Notes: generated by a model from the letters alone, not told the origin. 63,460 nucleotides of DNA, filler included, from Olpidium bornovanus S191 (GCA_017911155.1; 30 parts of 30 records of this genome joined end to end with filler, not necessarily neighbours in it), one strand, 5' to 3'. Counted from the whole stretch's first letter, positions 9,884-21,143 are shown. A program made the numbers and translations.

Positions 9884-12137
9884 CATGCCCACCGCGACTG
9901 ATGAGCGCGAAACAACAGTGCTCACCGGCCTTCCGACGGCAACAGTAACAAGGTACGCTGCCGGCGTTCGTCTCTGAATGCACGCAAGTCCATTTCGCGC
10001 TAACTGTCCCAACGTTTGCCAAGGTTTTTGCAAGCCACCCGATCATTGACCCTCCCGCTTACCATTACTGGCGGAGAAGTCGTTACGAGAACCACCGTCG
10101 TCGCCACCGAAACGGTTGTGGAGACGGTTACCGGCCACGTCGTCATCACCCATAGTCCGGCTGCATCGACCGTAACGACGACAGTTTACGCTACCGTCTA
10201 CGACATCGTCGGCGGCCCCAGCGAGACGAGCTTTGGAGACGTCACGGTGCGCACTGCCATGTCTTCCAGCTTCACGACATTCCTTGCTCCTGCATCCATC
10301 TCCTAACATCGTGTCCGGCTCCCATCTCAACAGCGAACTGCCACTTTGTTGGTCCCTCAAACGGAGGAAATCACCGTGTACGAGACGACAAAGCTTCCAC
10401 CTTCGACTGTCACGCTCGAAGTCACGTCTACTGCCTACGACACATTCATCGATGTCCGCACCTCCTACGCTTTCGCTGAGGAAACTCCGAGTCCGACGAC
10501 TGAGACATTGTACATAACACGTCTCGGCACGGTGATCACCCGCGGCGCAAAGACGTTCACACTTACCGCGTCCCACGTCCTGCCGACCGTCGAGCCCATA
10601 TCCACGTCGTCGTCGGAGTCGGCATCCGAGGCCGCCGCATCGGCGAGCTCGGTGTCCGCCAGCGAGGCGGCGGCGGAGCCGACTTTAGAGGGAACCATTT
10701 CGCCGGTTGGACAGACTGCGGCAACGTCGTTTTCAGAAGGGAGATCCGAGACCTCGCCGGTGGGACCGGCTTCTGAAACACGGGAAAGCGAATTCGCCTC
10801 CGAGTCGACCAGCGCGGAATCACCTGCCTCCGAAAGTGTACCTGCTTCCTCCTCATCGCCAGTGCCCGAGGCCTCCGCCACAGAGTCAGCGTCCGAGACG
10901 TCTCTGGGACCGTCCGTTGAACCGGAGTCTACGCCCGAGTTGTCCCTGTCGACGACAGGGCAACAGACGTCCGCAACCGAGGTGGTCGCCGAGAACACCT
11001 CTAGCGCGGAGACGTCGACGTCGACCTTTGTCAGCGTAGAGTCCAGCAATTCTGCGGAAGGCCTCACCACGGCCGCCCTAACGGTGACCGAAACCCCGCC
11101 CGCTGAAACGGTCACGGTTACCGAAGAGTGCAGCTCACCGGTGGTGCCCGCGTCCCGGTCGACCGACACGCTTCTCGTGTTCACGGACGGTCTGCGGCCT
11201 GTCTCTACCGTCACTCAAAGTGGGGCCCCGTCCGTTCTTTTCCGTTCGTCATGCGAACAAGAGATCTGTGAAGACCGCCCAAATCGAAACTTTGACCCGC
11301 TCTTTCCGTCGTGCACGTTCGTAGCCTCAACCGTCGCGATGATCACCAAAGCCGCCGCACCGAGCCGGGCGACGATATCGGCCAATTTGAGACCACAAGC
11401 TGCCGTAACGATCACCGCGAAAGTCCCGCGTCCGACCTTACCGCCTCGTTTAACGCTGACCCCGGTAAAGCCGAGTCCAACCATGTCACGCCCGCGCATG
11501 CGAGCAACCCGCTTCCGCAATCCGACGACGATCATTGTCACGCCACGACCCACGGTCAATCCCACGCCGCACGTTGTCGCGAGGCGGTTCCTCTCCTCGT
11601 GGTTCGACCGCATCTTTGGTGCACCAGCCAAGAACACCAAGCTGAGCCGCCGCCAAGACTCCGGGAACAGCCGAGTCGTCACCATCACGGCCCCCCCCCC
11701 GACCGTCACTGTCACGGAGTGCGCGACCACGTTCCCGCCAACAACCGCGGCGGAAGAATCATCCGGCGCCGTAACCGTAACGCTGACCGAGACCTCGTCC
11801 ATCGGAACGAGAGAGTCAATCTCGGAGGTTATTCCTGTGCCCACATCTAGCACCGCGGAGACGGCCACCGGAGAGGCGACGCCAACGTCCAGTGAGGCGA
11901 CGCCGTCCAGCGAGGTGCCGTCGACGTCCGGTGAGATAATGCCGACATTCGGCGAGGCGACACCAACGGCCGGACCTGTTTCGTCGGAAGAGATATTTAC
12001 ACCTACCACGGAGGAGCATGAATCCACGGCCGAGCCCACCGAGGAGTCCACCTCCGCCAAGGAGCAAACGTCCTCGGAGTTGCCCGAAGCTCCGTCGGCC
12101 ACGGAACTTACAACCCCGGAGGAGACGACTGCGGAGC
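9884..12137 (+). CDS. Ser/Thr/Glu/Pro-rich mucin/flocculin-like surface protein, both ends truncated
   Basis: Exons about 9884-9951, 10023-10245 and 10334-12137 (GTACGC/GTGCGC donors, CAAG/CAACAG acceptors). More than 600 aa open frame dominated by S, T, E, A, P, V, with repeated TVTVTE(E)C motifs. Confidence 0.75.
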
Positions 12138-12237
12138 NNNNNNNNNNNNNNNNNNNNNNNNNNNNNNNNNNNNNNNNNNNNTTAATTAATTAANNNNNNN
12201 NNNNNNNNNNNNNNNNNNNNNNNNNNNNNNNNNNNNN

Positions 12238-12692
12238 AAAAGGGGCACCTTATCACACACCAGAGCCCGATCAGCGACCGAAAGCTCATCATACTCCCGT
12301 TCGAATGTCGTCAGAATTTCCTCCAGCAGCTCCGTCTTCGACGGACGATGCACCCATGCTAAAAACGTATCGGCCGAAATGCGCGTCGAATCCCTAGCCC
12401 GAAAAACTGCTTTAATTTCCGCTTGGAAGCTTTTCCACGTCGCATGATTCTTTGCCAGGACGGCATTGACGCGGGGCTGCGTTTTGAGCTCTGTACAGTT
12501 TCGAAATTCGTTCATAAGGCCGGCGTCGAACAGCTGTAGTAGTTGAAGTGCGGCCTGGAACTTGCGCAAATATGCTGTCGCATTTTTGGCGTCGAAGAAC
12601 CCTTCTTTCTCAGTGAACCGCATGAGACACGAGATCCTCGGTCCTTCAAGCATCCATGTCGGTGGCGGGGTTATTTCTGCCCTTGCGCCCAT
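12238..12692 (-). mobile_element. LTR-retrotransposon Gag fragment (family A, copy 1)
   Basis: EGFFDAKNATAYLRKF...TWKSFQAEIKAVFRARDSTRISADTFLAWVHRP...ILTTFEREYDEL aligns by eye with the ORF at 40789-41517. Confidence 0.75.
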
Positions 12693-13049
12693 CGTTTCCA
12701 CTTCGACTGTTATGTGTCGAGGTTATGAGTCGTCGTTAAGCTGGTGTCCCGATGCCAGCACCGTCAATAGTGCTCTCCGGTGTCGAACACTCCGTTTCTT
12801 TAGACTTCTCGTCGTAACCACTGTTGCATTTCTCGCAGAGGCCACCAGATGAGGTGCGGAAAACGAGCACTCGATGGCCCGAGTTTCCTTTGAGAAGATT
12901 GCGAGTTCGTTGCTTTTATTGCGTTTGATTCTACGTTTGGTTTCGTTCGTTTGGTGCGTTCAAGCTCGAGGGGGGGGGGAAGAAAATCTTGCAGCCGTCG
13001 AACGCGTAAACTATCGCTACGCGTAGATCGAAATCGAAAAACAATAGAA

Positions 13050-13210
13050 AGCCGACTCGAAGGGGGCAGACTCAAATCAAAGGCTACAGAATCGAACTGG
13101 AATAGAATGAAATCGAATAGAATAAAGTACAATCAAAATCGAAACAAAATAAAGTCGAAATCGAAAAGGAATAAAATCGAAGTAATGAGGGAAGAATCAA
13201 AATCGAAGTG
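13050..13210 (+). repeat. Degenerate A-rich (AAATCG/AATAG)n repeat
   Basis: Recurrent aatcga/aataga/aaatcg units, e.g. aatcgaactggaatagaatgaaatcgaatagaataaag...aaatcgaaacaaaataaagtcgaaatcg. Confidence 0.65.
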
Positions 13211-13418
13211 AACAAAATTCACACCACCCCGTCCCGGCCCGCAGCCGACCCCTGCGCAGCCGATGCTCAACCGGACAACGCGGCTGGCCGTCGCGTCGAC
13301 GATGGAGACCCCAGACCGGCCTTACCTCCATTCGTCAGGACCCGGGGCCAAGGTCAATTCGATCTCGGCCAAACAAGCTCGTCGCGCCCTGCGGCAACCC
13401 GACTCTTAGGGGTTCATA

Positions 13419-13794
13419 TTGAACCCCCGGACCATTAAGCTCTCGGCTGTCGAGGCCGAGACAGACCCGACCGGTAACAAGGGGGAAACCCAAAACCCCC
13501 TCGTTTACTTCGATACTGACCGCGCCGCCACCGACACGGCGGCGTGTATAAAGGCCAAGCTTGGCGAGCTGCGGGGGCCCCTCCGCAAGCGCTTCGAAAA
13601 ACTTCTTCTGCGCTTCGCCCCCGTCATGCCGGACAAGCTGCCGCCCGTAGCGCAGCTGTCTTCGACCGCCGAGCATGAGATCAACTTGGAACACGGCGCC
13701 AGGGCTAAGTCTTTCCTGTTGTACCATCTCTCTGAGCTGGAACTCGGGGAGATGAAGCAACAACTGACCGAACTCCTGCGCGCCGGGCACATAC
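13419..13794 (+). mobile_element. Ty3/Gypsy Pol fragment (linker immediately before RT)
   Basis: FAPVMPDKLPP...EHEINLEHGARAKSFLLYHLSELELGEMKQQLTELLRAGHI matches the canonical pre-RT segment (F..VFP..LP....H.I.L.PG......YR.S..E..E.K.QL.ELL..G.I). Confidence 0.85.
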
Positions 13795-13894
13795 NNNNNN
13801 NNNNNNNNNNNNNNNNNNNNNNNNNNNNNNNNNNNNNNTTAATTAATTAANNNNNNNNNNNNNNNNNNNNNNNNNNNNNNNNNNNNNNNNNNNN

Positions 13895-14638
13895 CAAGAG
13901 CTCCGGGCGCGGGGAGAAATGGCTGCCGGGGCATCGTCTGCAAGCTCGGCGTCTGGCTGCGGCGGAGAGACCGGGTGCATGAGGACGCGAACCTGAATAT
14001 AACTGTCGTCAGCGATGGGAGCAGGGCGCAGATCGTAGTCGCGATCTTCAGGGCCGCCGGGGCCACAATACTGCGTGTCTGACGGCAAGAACAGGAATTC
14101 CAGACCGCGACGATCTGCGGGAAGCCAAAAGGAGGCTGGCCAATTCATGACCTGGAGGAAGGCGTCAATCATCGATCGGCGAAGTCTGCAAGTAGATGTG
14201 GAAGAGGTTATCTATCAAAGTGGAGTTACAGTACGAAGGAGAGACCGAAACTGACTGGAGGAGGGCGACGCAGGCTTCGGTACTTCCGTCCTCGTGGACG
14301 GTGCGAAACCTCCACGCGTAATGGATAAAACGGATCATCCGCCCGCCCGGAGTGCATTGACGTTCTGGTGTCGGCCGATCGGCAACGCACGCAGCTGCGG
14401 CCGCGAGCAAACTCCGGGAGTCTCGCAACCGGTGCGCCCAGAGGGCCGTGTATATCCGACGGGTGGCAGCGTCGAGACGCCTCTCGGTGAAGGCGGACGA
14501 GGTGGGCGCAGGGGCCGCGGACGCAGAGGTCGACATTGTGGCTGGGTGAATGGGTGGACGCGGCGGAGACTGATGTGCGGAGTAATGGTGCGAGGCAAGT
14601 GGCGTTGGTGGAGCCAAATCCGACTCGTTAAAAACCAA
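13895..14638 (-). pseudogene. Orphan ORF of about 245 aa split by one frameshift near 14168
   Basis: ORF 14165-14638 (...RMIRFIHYAWRFRTVHEDGSTEACVALLQ...YLQTSPIDD*) is overlapped by a second frame IDAFLQVMNWPASFWLPADRRGLEFLFLPSDTQYCGPGG... running to the contig end. No introns seen; family not recognised. Confidence 0.45.
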
Positions 14639-15502
14639 AAGAGCTGTCAGTCACGTGGCGGACCGTGACTTTCGAGACAAGCTCATCAGTCACGGGGGGG
14701 CGGCTGTAGCGAAGGGGAACGACGGGTACAAGGGGAAAACGGGAGAAGTCGTGAGGAAACCAAAAGCTGTACATTAAATTCCAAAAACTGAGCATAGAAT
14801 TCCAACTACTGCAGAAGAGTGAGAGGCTGGTTGTCACGGAGCAATTTCGTACTACGCGTAGGCCTTTTCTTCCCCTTCCCTAAAAAAACGCGTACGAACT
14901 CACACGACAGGCAACCGACTCTTCTTCCCCCCCCACTTACTCGCCCACTCTTGACGCGTAATCGCCCACTCTTAACATAAACCGTCCCACAAATAAGAGG
15001 CCCGGCGCCGCCTTGAAAACCTGTCTTCCTTGGTCTCAGTTATTCAATAACGCTTCGAAAGGACCGCAGAGGCCAGCCGGATTTGCTCGACTGATTTCAG
15101 AGTATTGATGGAGCTCACGATATGGCCACTCTGTGGAGATAACGCGGTGAGTTGTTGGGCCGTGGAGGCAGCGATCAACGAAGGCAACGGTAAAACAGGA
15201 CACGCTTGACGGCAGATGTTCCTGGACGGGTTCGAAAAAGAACACGATTGCGGCGTCGCGAGCGCATCGTCGAAAGCCAGATTTCCCACGGCATGGCGAT
15301 CAGCGGGACGATCACCGAAGGGTGCTGTGGAATCAAACCCAGCCGACGACCCTTCTTCTCAAACAGCCCTAATCCCCAGCGGGCTGGCGGTTGTGCGGAA
15401 GGNNNNNNNNNNNNNNNNNNNNNNNNNNNNNNNNNNNNNNNNNNNNTTAATTAATTAANNNNNNNNNNNNNNNNNNNNNNNNNNNNNNNNNNNNNNNNNN
15501 NN

Positions 15503-16628
15503 GACGGCGAGCAGATGTTCCACGTGCCGGCGGACGGGGCCGAGGTTAATCTCGCTCACCGATGAAGGGTTAAAAGAAGACCGCCGCCGAGTGTGGTGGA
15601 TGCGAATTGGCGGGCTGGCCATGAACCCCGTGGGGATTTGGTCCCACATGACGGGCGGGGAACCGCGCGCCTGCACGTGCGCGCAGATGGATTCGCCGTT
15701 GTGGGCCGACATCTCCGTCTGCACCCCGCACGCGGCGTTCCCTTGCGAGTCGATCCCGCGTTTGATGAACCGGGTTCCGGCCCGCCGTCGATTTACCCGC
15801 ATTATGAGCGACACCGTGCAAGACCGCAGCTCTCGAGTGCGCACTACCGTCGACGAGACGTGGCCGAATATGCAACCGACGCAGAAATCCGGTAACGCTC
15901 CTCGCAGCTTGCGGATGAGCGGATCCAGGAGAGAGCGGTTCCACCTGCAAACCTCATTTTGCAAGTTTTTCCCCCACGTCCGACAGCACGCCGTCAGCAA
16001 GCTCGCCCTTCTCTTTCGCGCGGGAACGCCGGCCAGGACTGGCTGCCTGCAGCGGCGGGGGCGGGATTTGCCTAACCTACAGAAATCTTTCGTCGGCGTC
16101 GTCTTCTACCACCGCCTGGTGCTTGGATCGGCCTTCGCTCGCCTTGCCGGAAATCTCGGTGTGCTCCGGGTCGGGAGCCAGCCGTCTGGCCAGGTTCGCG
16201 AGCGGATGCGCCCAATCCAACGAAGAGTTCTTTTGCACCGTCCTCGTCAGGTCGTAATCGTACGAAAAATACAATTGGCCAGACGACGCGACGGCCAGTA
16301 CCGCTTTGACGCTCTCCTTCTCGTATTCTACCTGCCGGGGTTACGTCCGCAGCCAAATTACGCTTTTTGGTTTTCTTTTTTTTGGTGCGGAAAAAAGCGT
16401 GCCGGTATGAAGTGGGCCGCCCACTCCAACATCCGCAGTCTGCGTACCTCACTCAGAGTGACGTAATGTTTCCGGTAGACGGGGACGACTCCAGCCTTGA
16501 CGACCTGCCATGCCTTGCCGTCGCCGGCGACCGGACCAAGCGTACCTACGAATCGTGCCTTGGTAACGTGCACGATATATCGCACGAAGTCCAGATCAAG
16601 CAGTCCGATGATACCGTACGTAGGTATC
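15503..16628 (-). CDS. SacI-homology phosphoinositide phosphatase, N-terminal/central exons
   Basis: RYIVHVTKARFVG; VLAVASSGQLYFSYDYDLTRTVQK; DADERF; CRWNRSLL; LIMRVNRRRAGTRFIKRGIDSQGNAACGVQTEM...HVQARGSPPVMWDQ are SAC-domain motifs in the expected order. Confidence 0.88.
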
Positions 16629-17152
16629 NNNNNNNNNNNNNNNNNNNNNNNNNNNNNNNNNNNNNNNNNNNNTTAATTAATTAANNNNNNNNNNNNNNNN
16701 NNNNNNNNNNNNNNNNNNNNNNNNNNNNCATGTTTTGCGTTCTTTTGGTAGCAATAACGTCTGGCGTTTGGGGTGAAAATTGTTGAGTCTAGGCGACCTG
16801 CACCATACAAACAGCATACCGTTTTTGGCCGAAATGCCACAACTTCCCCCCCACCCCGCCCCTTCGTTGTCCCCAGCGGAAAAACAAACCCTTACGCCCT
16901 CCCCGTCTTAAGAGATTTGTGGGCTGGGCGCGGCGGGGGAGGCGGTTTTTGAGCGAACGTCGCTGGACCGCCGCGGACGGTGCACTCGCTCCCGGCCCGT
17001 CTTGGCCGTTCCCGCTCCCCCTGCGCGGCGTGCGCTCATAAGGGGCCTGAGCGGCGAAAACTGAGCGCGTCACGACAGCGCGCGTTGACGGGCGGGTGGT
17101 CTGCTGATCATCCGCCCGCACGCCGGGCGGTCGGCGGGCGTCCAACTGCGAC

Positions 17153-18170
17153 ATGCAGCACGCTTGTCTCCGGCCAGTCGAGCAGCAGCAGCAGCAGCAG
17201 CAGCAGCACAACCCTTGGAGAGATTACCAGAAGATAAAAGTTGTGGGAAGGGGCGCTCACGGGTACGCGGGTTCGAGTTTGCCTTGGTGCGGCGACGGGG
17301 ACCGAGACCTGTCCTGCAAAGTTAACTTTCAACGGCGTTGTCGGTTCACGTTCTACGTCTCGCTCGCGTTTAAAGAGTGGCGATCCTATGTCGGCGACGT
17401 CGCGACTCGTCGCTCGTGGTAGTCAAGGAGGTGTACCAGGAGGATCTGCCCAACGACGACCGCCAGCTGTCGGACTCCATCAACGAGATCAGGCTGCTTT
17501 CCATGTTACGGCACGACAACATTCTTGCCTACTACGACAGCTTTCGCGCCTTGGCCAGCGCAGAGAGTGCTGCGGTCGGCGGCGACGACGGGGAGGGCGA
17601 CATGGGACGGAGCGAGCTCCGAAGGGACGGCGAGCGGACAGAAACGCCGTTCAGCAGCGGCGGGAAGGGGCGCGAGGGCCGGGAGGGGCAAAATCCCGGA
17701 CGGCCGCCGGCTGTTATGTTCGATGCCGTGAAGCAAGAAAAGGGGGCGATGCCGGAGGAGCAGCGGCCGGGAGCGACCCCGCCCGACGCCACGGCGATCA
17801 CAGATTCGGAGGCCGCCGGCAGTGGAGAATCGATTCGGCCCGTGGTCTACCCGACCGACACCGCCGATTCGGCGAATCTGAAAGTTTTGTCGGGAAACGA
17901 GGAACACAGGGACCGCCGCCGGAGCGGAGCAGCGAGCCAGGTGAAGAAAGAAACGGAGGGTAGGGAGCTCGCCCTTATGATCGTAATGGAGTACGCGGAC
18001 GGTAAGCGGAAGCGAACTTTCCCATTGCGGCATTCAAGGAAAGAAAACCGAAGCCTTTTGCAGAAGCGTCGGGCTGACCGTTCCCTGTCCCTAAACGTCC
18101 AGGCGGTACATTGCACGATTATTTACAACACCAAGCTTCTACTGGGACGTTGCTGGAAGAATCGGTGAGA
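17153..18170 (+). CDS. NIMA-related (NEK, NEK8-like) Ser/Thr kinase, N-terminal exons
   Basis: YQKIKVVGRGAHG|..LCRRRRDSSLVVVKEV...SINEIRLLSMLRHDNILAYYDSF...LMIVMEYADG|GTLHDYLQ. The motif order matches NEK8 (YERIRVVGRGAFGIVHLC.RK.D..LV.IKQI...NE..VLK.L.HPN.I.YYE.F...LMIAMEYA.GGTL). Confidence 0.88.
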
Positions 18171-18185
18171 GAAGTTTTTTTTTCT

Positions 18186-18222
<37 letters not shown>

Positions 18223-18384
18223 CTTCAACCCTACCCTCCCTGTCCCCGCTTTGAATAAGCAGAGTCATGCCCCCCCCCCTCCTCNNNNNNNNNNNNNNNN
18301 NNNNNNNNNNNNNNNNNNNNNNNNNNNNTTAATTAATTAANNNNNNNNNNNNNNNNNNNNNNNNNNNNNNNNNNNNNNNNNNNN

Positions 18385-19007
18385 ATCGATGATGAGGTTT
18401 ATGTCGAGCTTGTCCTGGGCGCAGGACCTTATGGCACTGATGAATGCACCGTACTTCTCGAGTGGTAGCCCATTAATGAAGGTGTCTACCAGGTCCTCCT
18501 CCTCAAGCTCCTTTCCAGTCACCATCATGTATTTGTCCGCTAGCCCCATGAGCCTTGTCCCGTAGTCATCGGGACGTTCTCCTTCCTTGATCCGGAAGGT
18601 TGCCCACTCCTTCTTCACCGCCCGTTGCTGATCCCTGTTGGTTTTGAAAAACCTCTCCTTCAACCTTCCCCAGGCTTCTCTGGCGGTCTTGCAGTGCTTG
18701 ATGTACACTGAGTACCCAGGCTTGAGAGTCAGGGCAATAGTGGCAAAAGCCTTCTGCTCCTTCTCAGCTGGAGTTCGTTTGGGCCTAGAGATTCCATCCA
18801 CTTCGTCCTCAGAGGACTCCGCTAATGGGCCCCTCTTGTCTCTCTCCCAGACACTGAGACTTTTGAGTCTTTCTGTGGATCAACATAATCCCACAGGCCT
18901 TGACTCTTTAAAAGTTGTTTGATGTTCCATGCCCAGGTGGCATAATTTCGTCCGTCGAATTTCTCTATTACACTGTGGTGTTCTTTATGCACCTTGACCG
19001 CGTCCAT
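18385..19007 (-). mobile_element. Ty1/Copia gag (DUF4219/UBN2-type), one 2-nt frameshift, 3'-truncated
   Basis: MDAVKVHKEHHSVIEKFDGRNYATWAWNIKQLLKSQGLWDYV, then a shift at a GAGAGA run (about 18840), then KAFATIALTLKPGYSVYIKHCKTAREAWGRLKERF...FRIKEGERPDDY...FINGLP..Y..F. Confidence 0.9.
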
Positions 19008-19020
19008 TGGGCCCGTAACC
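19008..19020 (-). promoter_or_regulatory. Copia primer-binding site (half-tRNAiMet type)
   Basis: Minus strand reads ...TTCTAAGA|GGTTACGGGCCCA-ATG: one mismatch to the copia PBS GGTTATGGGCCCA, directly before the gag ATG. Confidence 0.75.
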
Positions 19021-19360
19021 TCTTAGAAATTGAGGTATTGGGGTGATGGAATCAAGGATTCCGTATTGTCACCCTAGACAGCGGGTAGGTATATGCACAA
19101 GAAGACAGCCACACTTCTAAACACGCGGGGGCTTCCGGTTAACATGCGATCTAAGATCCAGTTCCATTCCAATTGCACAAGTGCAATCTAAAGGTCCCCT
19201 TCAGTCCGAAACGCTCGTCCGCTTAAAGCACATCCGCGACCTTTATTAAGGTGCTAGGTAGAACAGAATGTCGGTGTAGAGGGATGGGGTGGAGGAGATC
19301 GTGTGGAGGGGATGAGGTGCGAGGAATCTTGGATTCCTCGCTCTATTTATACCCGCGAGC
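19021..19360 (-). mobile_element. Probable LTR sequence upstream of Copia gag
   Basis: Sits 5' of the PBS. Minus strand contains TATAAATA (about 19330) and AATAAA (about 19245). Boundaries not resolved. Confidence 0.45.
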
Positions 19361-19368
19361 TCCCCCCT

Positions 19369-20890
19369 TTATTTCCCTACGTCAATATAGGAAAAGCTCG
19401 CCCGTCGGAGTCCGCCGGGATCCGTCGGAACTTTCTCAAACCTTCCTCCCTTTCCGGGTGCGCTCAGAGCTTGCCCCTTTCCCCCCTGCCCCCCCTTTTG
19501 GGGATCGGAGGTTTTCCCCCTTGCCCCGTGCCCCTTGCGCACGGGCCCCGGGGGTTCAGGGGTGTGCTCCGCCACCCCCTTAGAGGAAACCAGGATTCCG
19601 CAGCTGAGAAGCGACTCCCACAATTTGCATGCTCCCGTCCAGCATCCGCATTGCGCGGTTCTGTCTTCTGCGGCGCTGTTGCTTCGTTCGCCGTCGGTCA
19701 CTTCTTGGTGGCTTCGGGTCACGTGGGAAAATTTCAACAAGGACGACGCGTACAGATTAGCGAGCACATCGAGGCCTTCCTGGAGCGTCGAAAGGGGGCG
19801 ATGACGCTCCATGTCCCAGTTCAGGAAGCTGCACAACTCGAGGACGACGTTGTTGCGCAGTTCGGCAAGCTTCTGGGCCTCGGTAAAGGTCCCAGAGAGT
19901 TTGAGCTTAGAAAGGAAGCGCTGCTTCCACGCGATCCATCCGCCTCCACACTGGAGTGCGTTTTCCCACACGGGAGACATGCAGACTCGGCGGCCGTGAG
20001 GGACGACACGGGAAACGCCGGTCGACGCAGCACTGCCAGGGGGATGGCGGGAGATCGGGGACGGCGAGCGATCTTCCTCCGAATCGGAAGACGACAATTC
20101 GGACGAGCTTTCGGTCGACAAGAAGGACGATCGTCGGCGGCGGCGACGGCGGTTCGTTGAAGAACGACGACGAGACCGAGCGGGGGGCGAATGAGACGGA
20201 ATACGCGCGGTTGCGGTCGACGGGCGAACGGTCGTCAATGGGTCCGCGAGTCGAGCAGCCGTGCGGTCAAGGCTCGCCTGGAGAAGCGACAGGGAGCGGC
20301 TCGGCGCATGGTACAAGGCAGCCATCTCGATGAGGCGCTCGTCGAGCGTGGCGCAGGTAACGCTCAACTCCTGCAACGAAATTGACTGGTCGTCGACAAT
20401 GGCGGGAAGGGCGGCGTCAACGTCGGTTAAAAGCGCAGCCGCGGTAACAGCACCAACGCGGGCAACGATCGAAGCGCGCCACTCAGCGAGGCCAGCCAGC
20501 TTCTGCTGTCAAAGGAAAGCGTCAACGGCGGGGGCGGAAGCCGGGTTTTCGGCACGGGCAGACGAAGCGGCGGGCGCGGCGGGGGTGGCGGCGGGAGTGG
20601 CGTCGGGCGCGGCCTGTTCGGGTATGAACAGGGGAACGTGAAGCGGCAGTAGGTCCATCCGGGCGTTGAGGGACGGCGACGGCGAGATGGGGAGGGCGGC
20701 GGGGTCAACGGGCGCAGATGACGACGCGGCGACGGGCGCGGGGGACAACGCGGCTGAACGAGCTGAGGAGTTCGAAGGGTTTGACGGCGGCGGGAGAGCG
20801 GTGCGGGTCGCGGTGACGTGGGGCGACAGCGGCAGCGGCGTCGCGCCTTTACGGCGTCGACGACGCGGAGAGGGCATCGTCAACGGCTGT
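19369..20890 (-). mobile_element. Degenerate Gag-like ORF of an unclassified retroelement
   Basis: Intronless long frame with one internal stop. It has an Ala/Pro-rich and coiled-coil-like N-part, an Arg/Ser linker, then GGGWIAWKQRFLSKLKLSGTFTEAQKLAELRNNV...LQEGLDVLANLY, a capsid-like W..W...F / QK...LR / L...Y spacing. Confidence 0.5.
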
Positions 20891-21143
20891 CGTCGACGGC
20901 AAAAGCAATGGAGCAAACGAAGACGAAAGCGCAGGGTGCAAAAATAAGATCAGTGAGCAAAAATAAGCTCAAAAAACAAACGCGTGCTCAAAAACAAACG
21001 CGGCGCGGGCAGAGCGGCGCAGCGGGAGCGGCGCGGCGGGGCCGAGCAGCAGAAAGCGACGGGAAAGCAGCGTTTCAAAGACGACGCAAAAACGGGCGTC
21101 GTTTCGGCGACGAAAACAAACGAACGCAAGCGCGAGACGAGTG

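Noticed and set aside
9898-9915. CTGATGAGCGCGAAAC hammerhead-like core
   Set aside because: No stem I or III can form, and it lies in a coding exon (T-D-E-R-E-T) of the mucin-like gene.
14645-14694. Hammerhead-ribozyme-like core on the minus strand (CTGATGA-G..C-GAAA plus a 7-bp stem)
   Set aside because: The cleavage-site base would be G (violates NUH), there is no stem I pairing, and stem II is 1 bp. It is explained by repeated GTGACTGA motifs.
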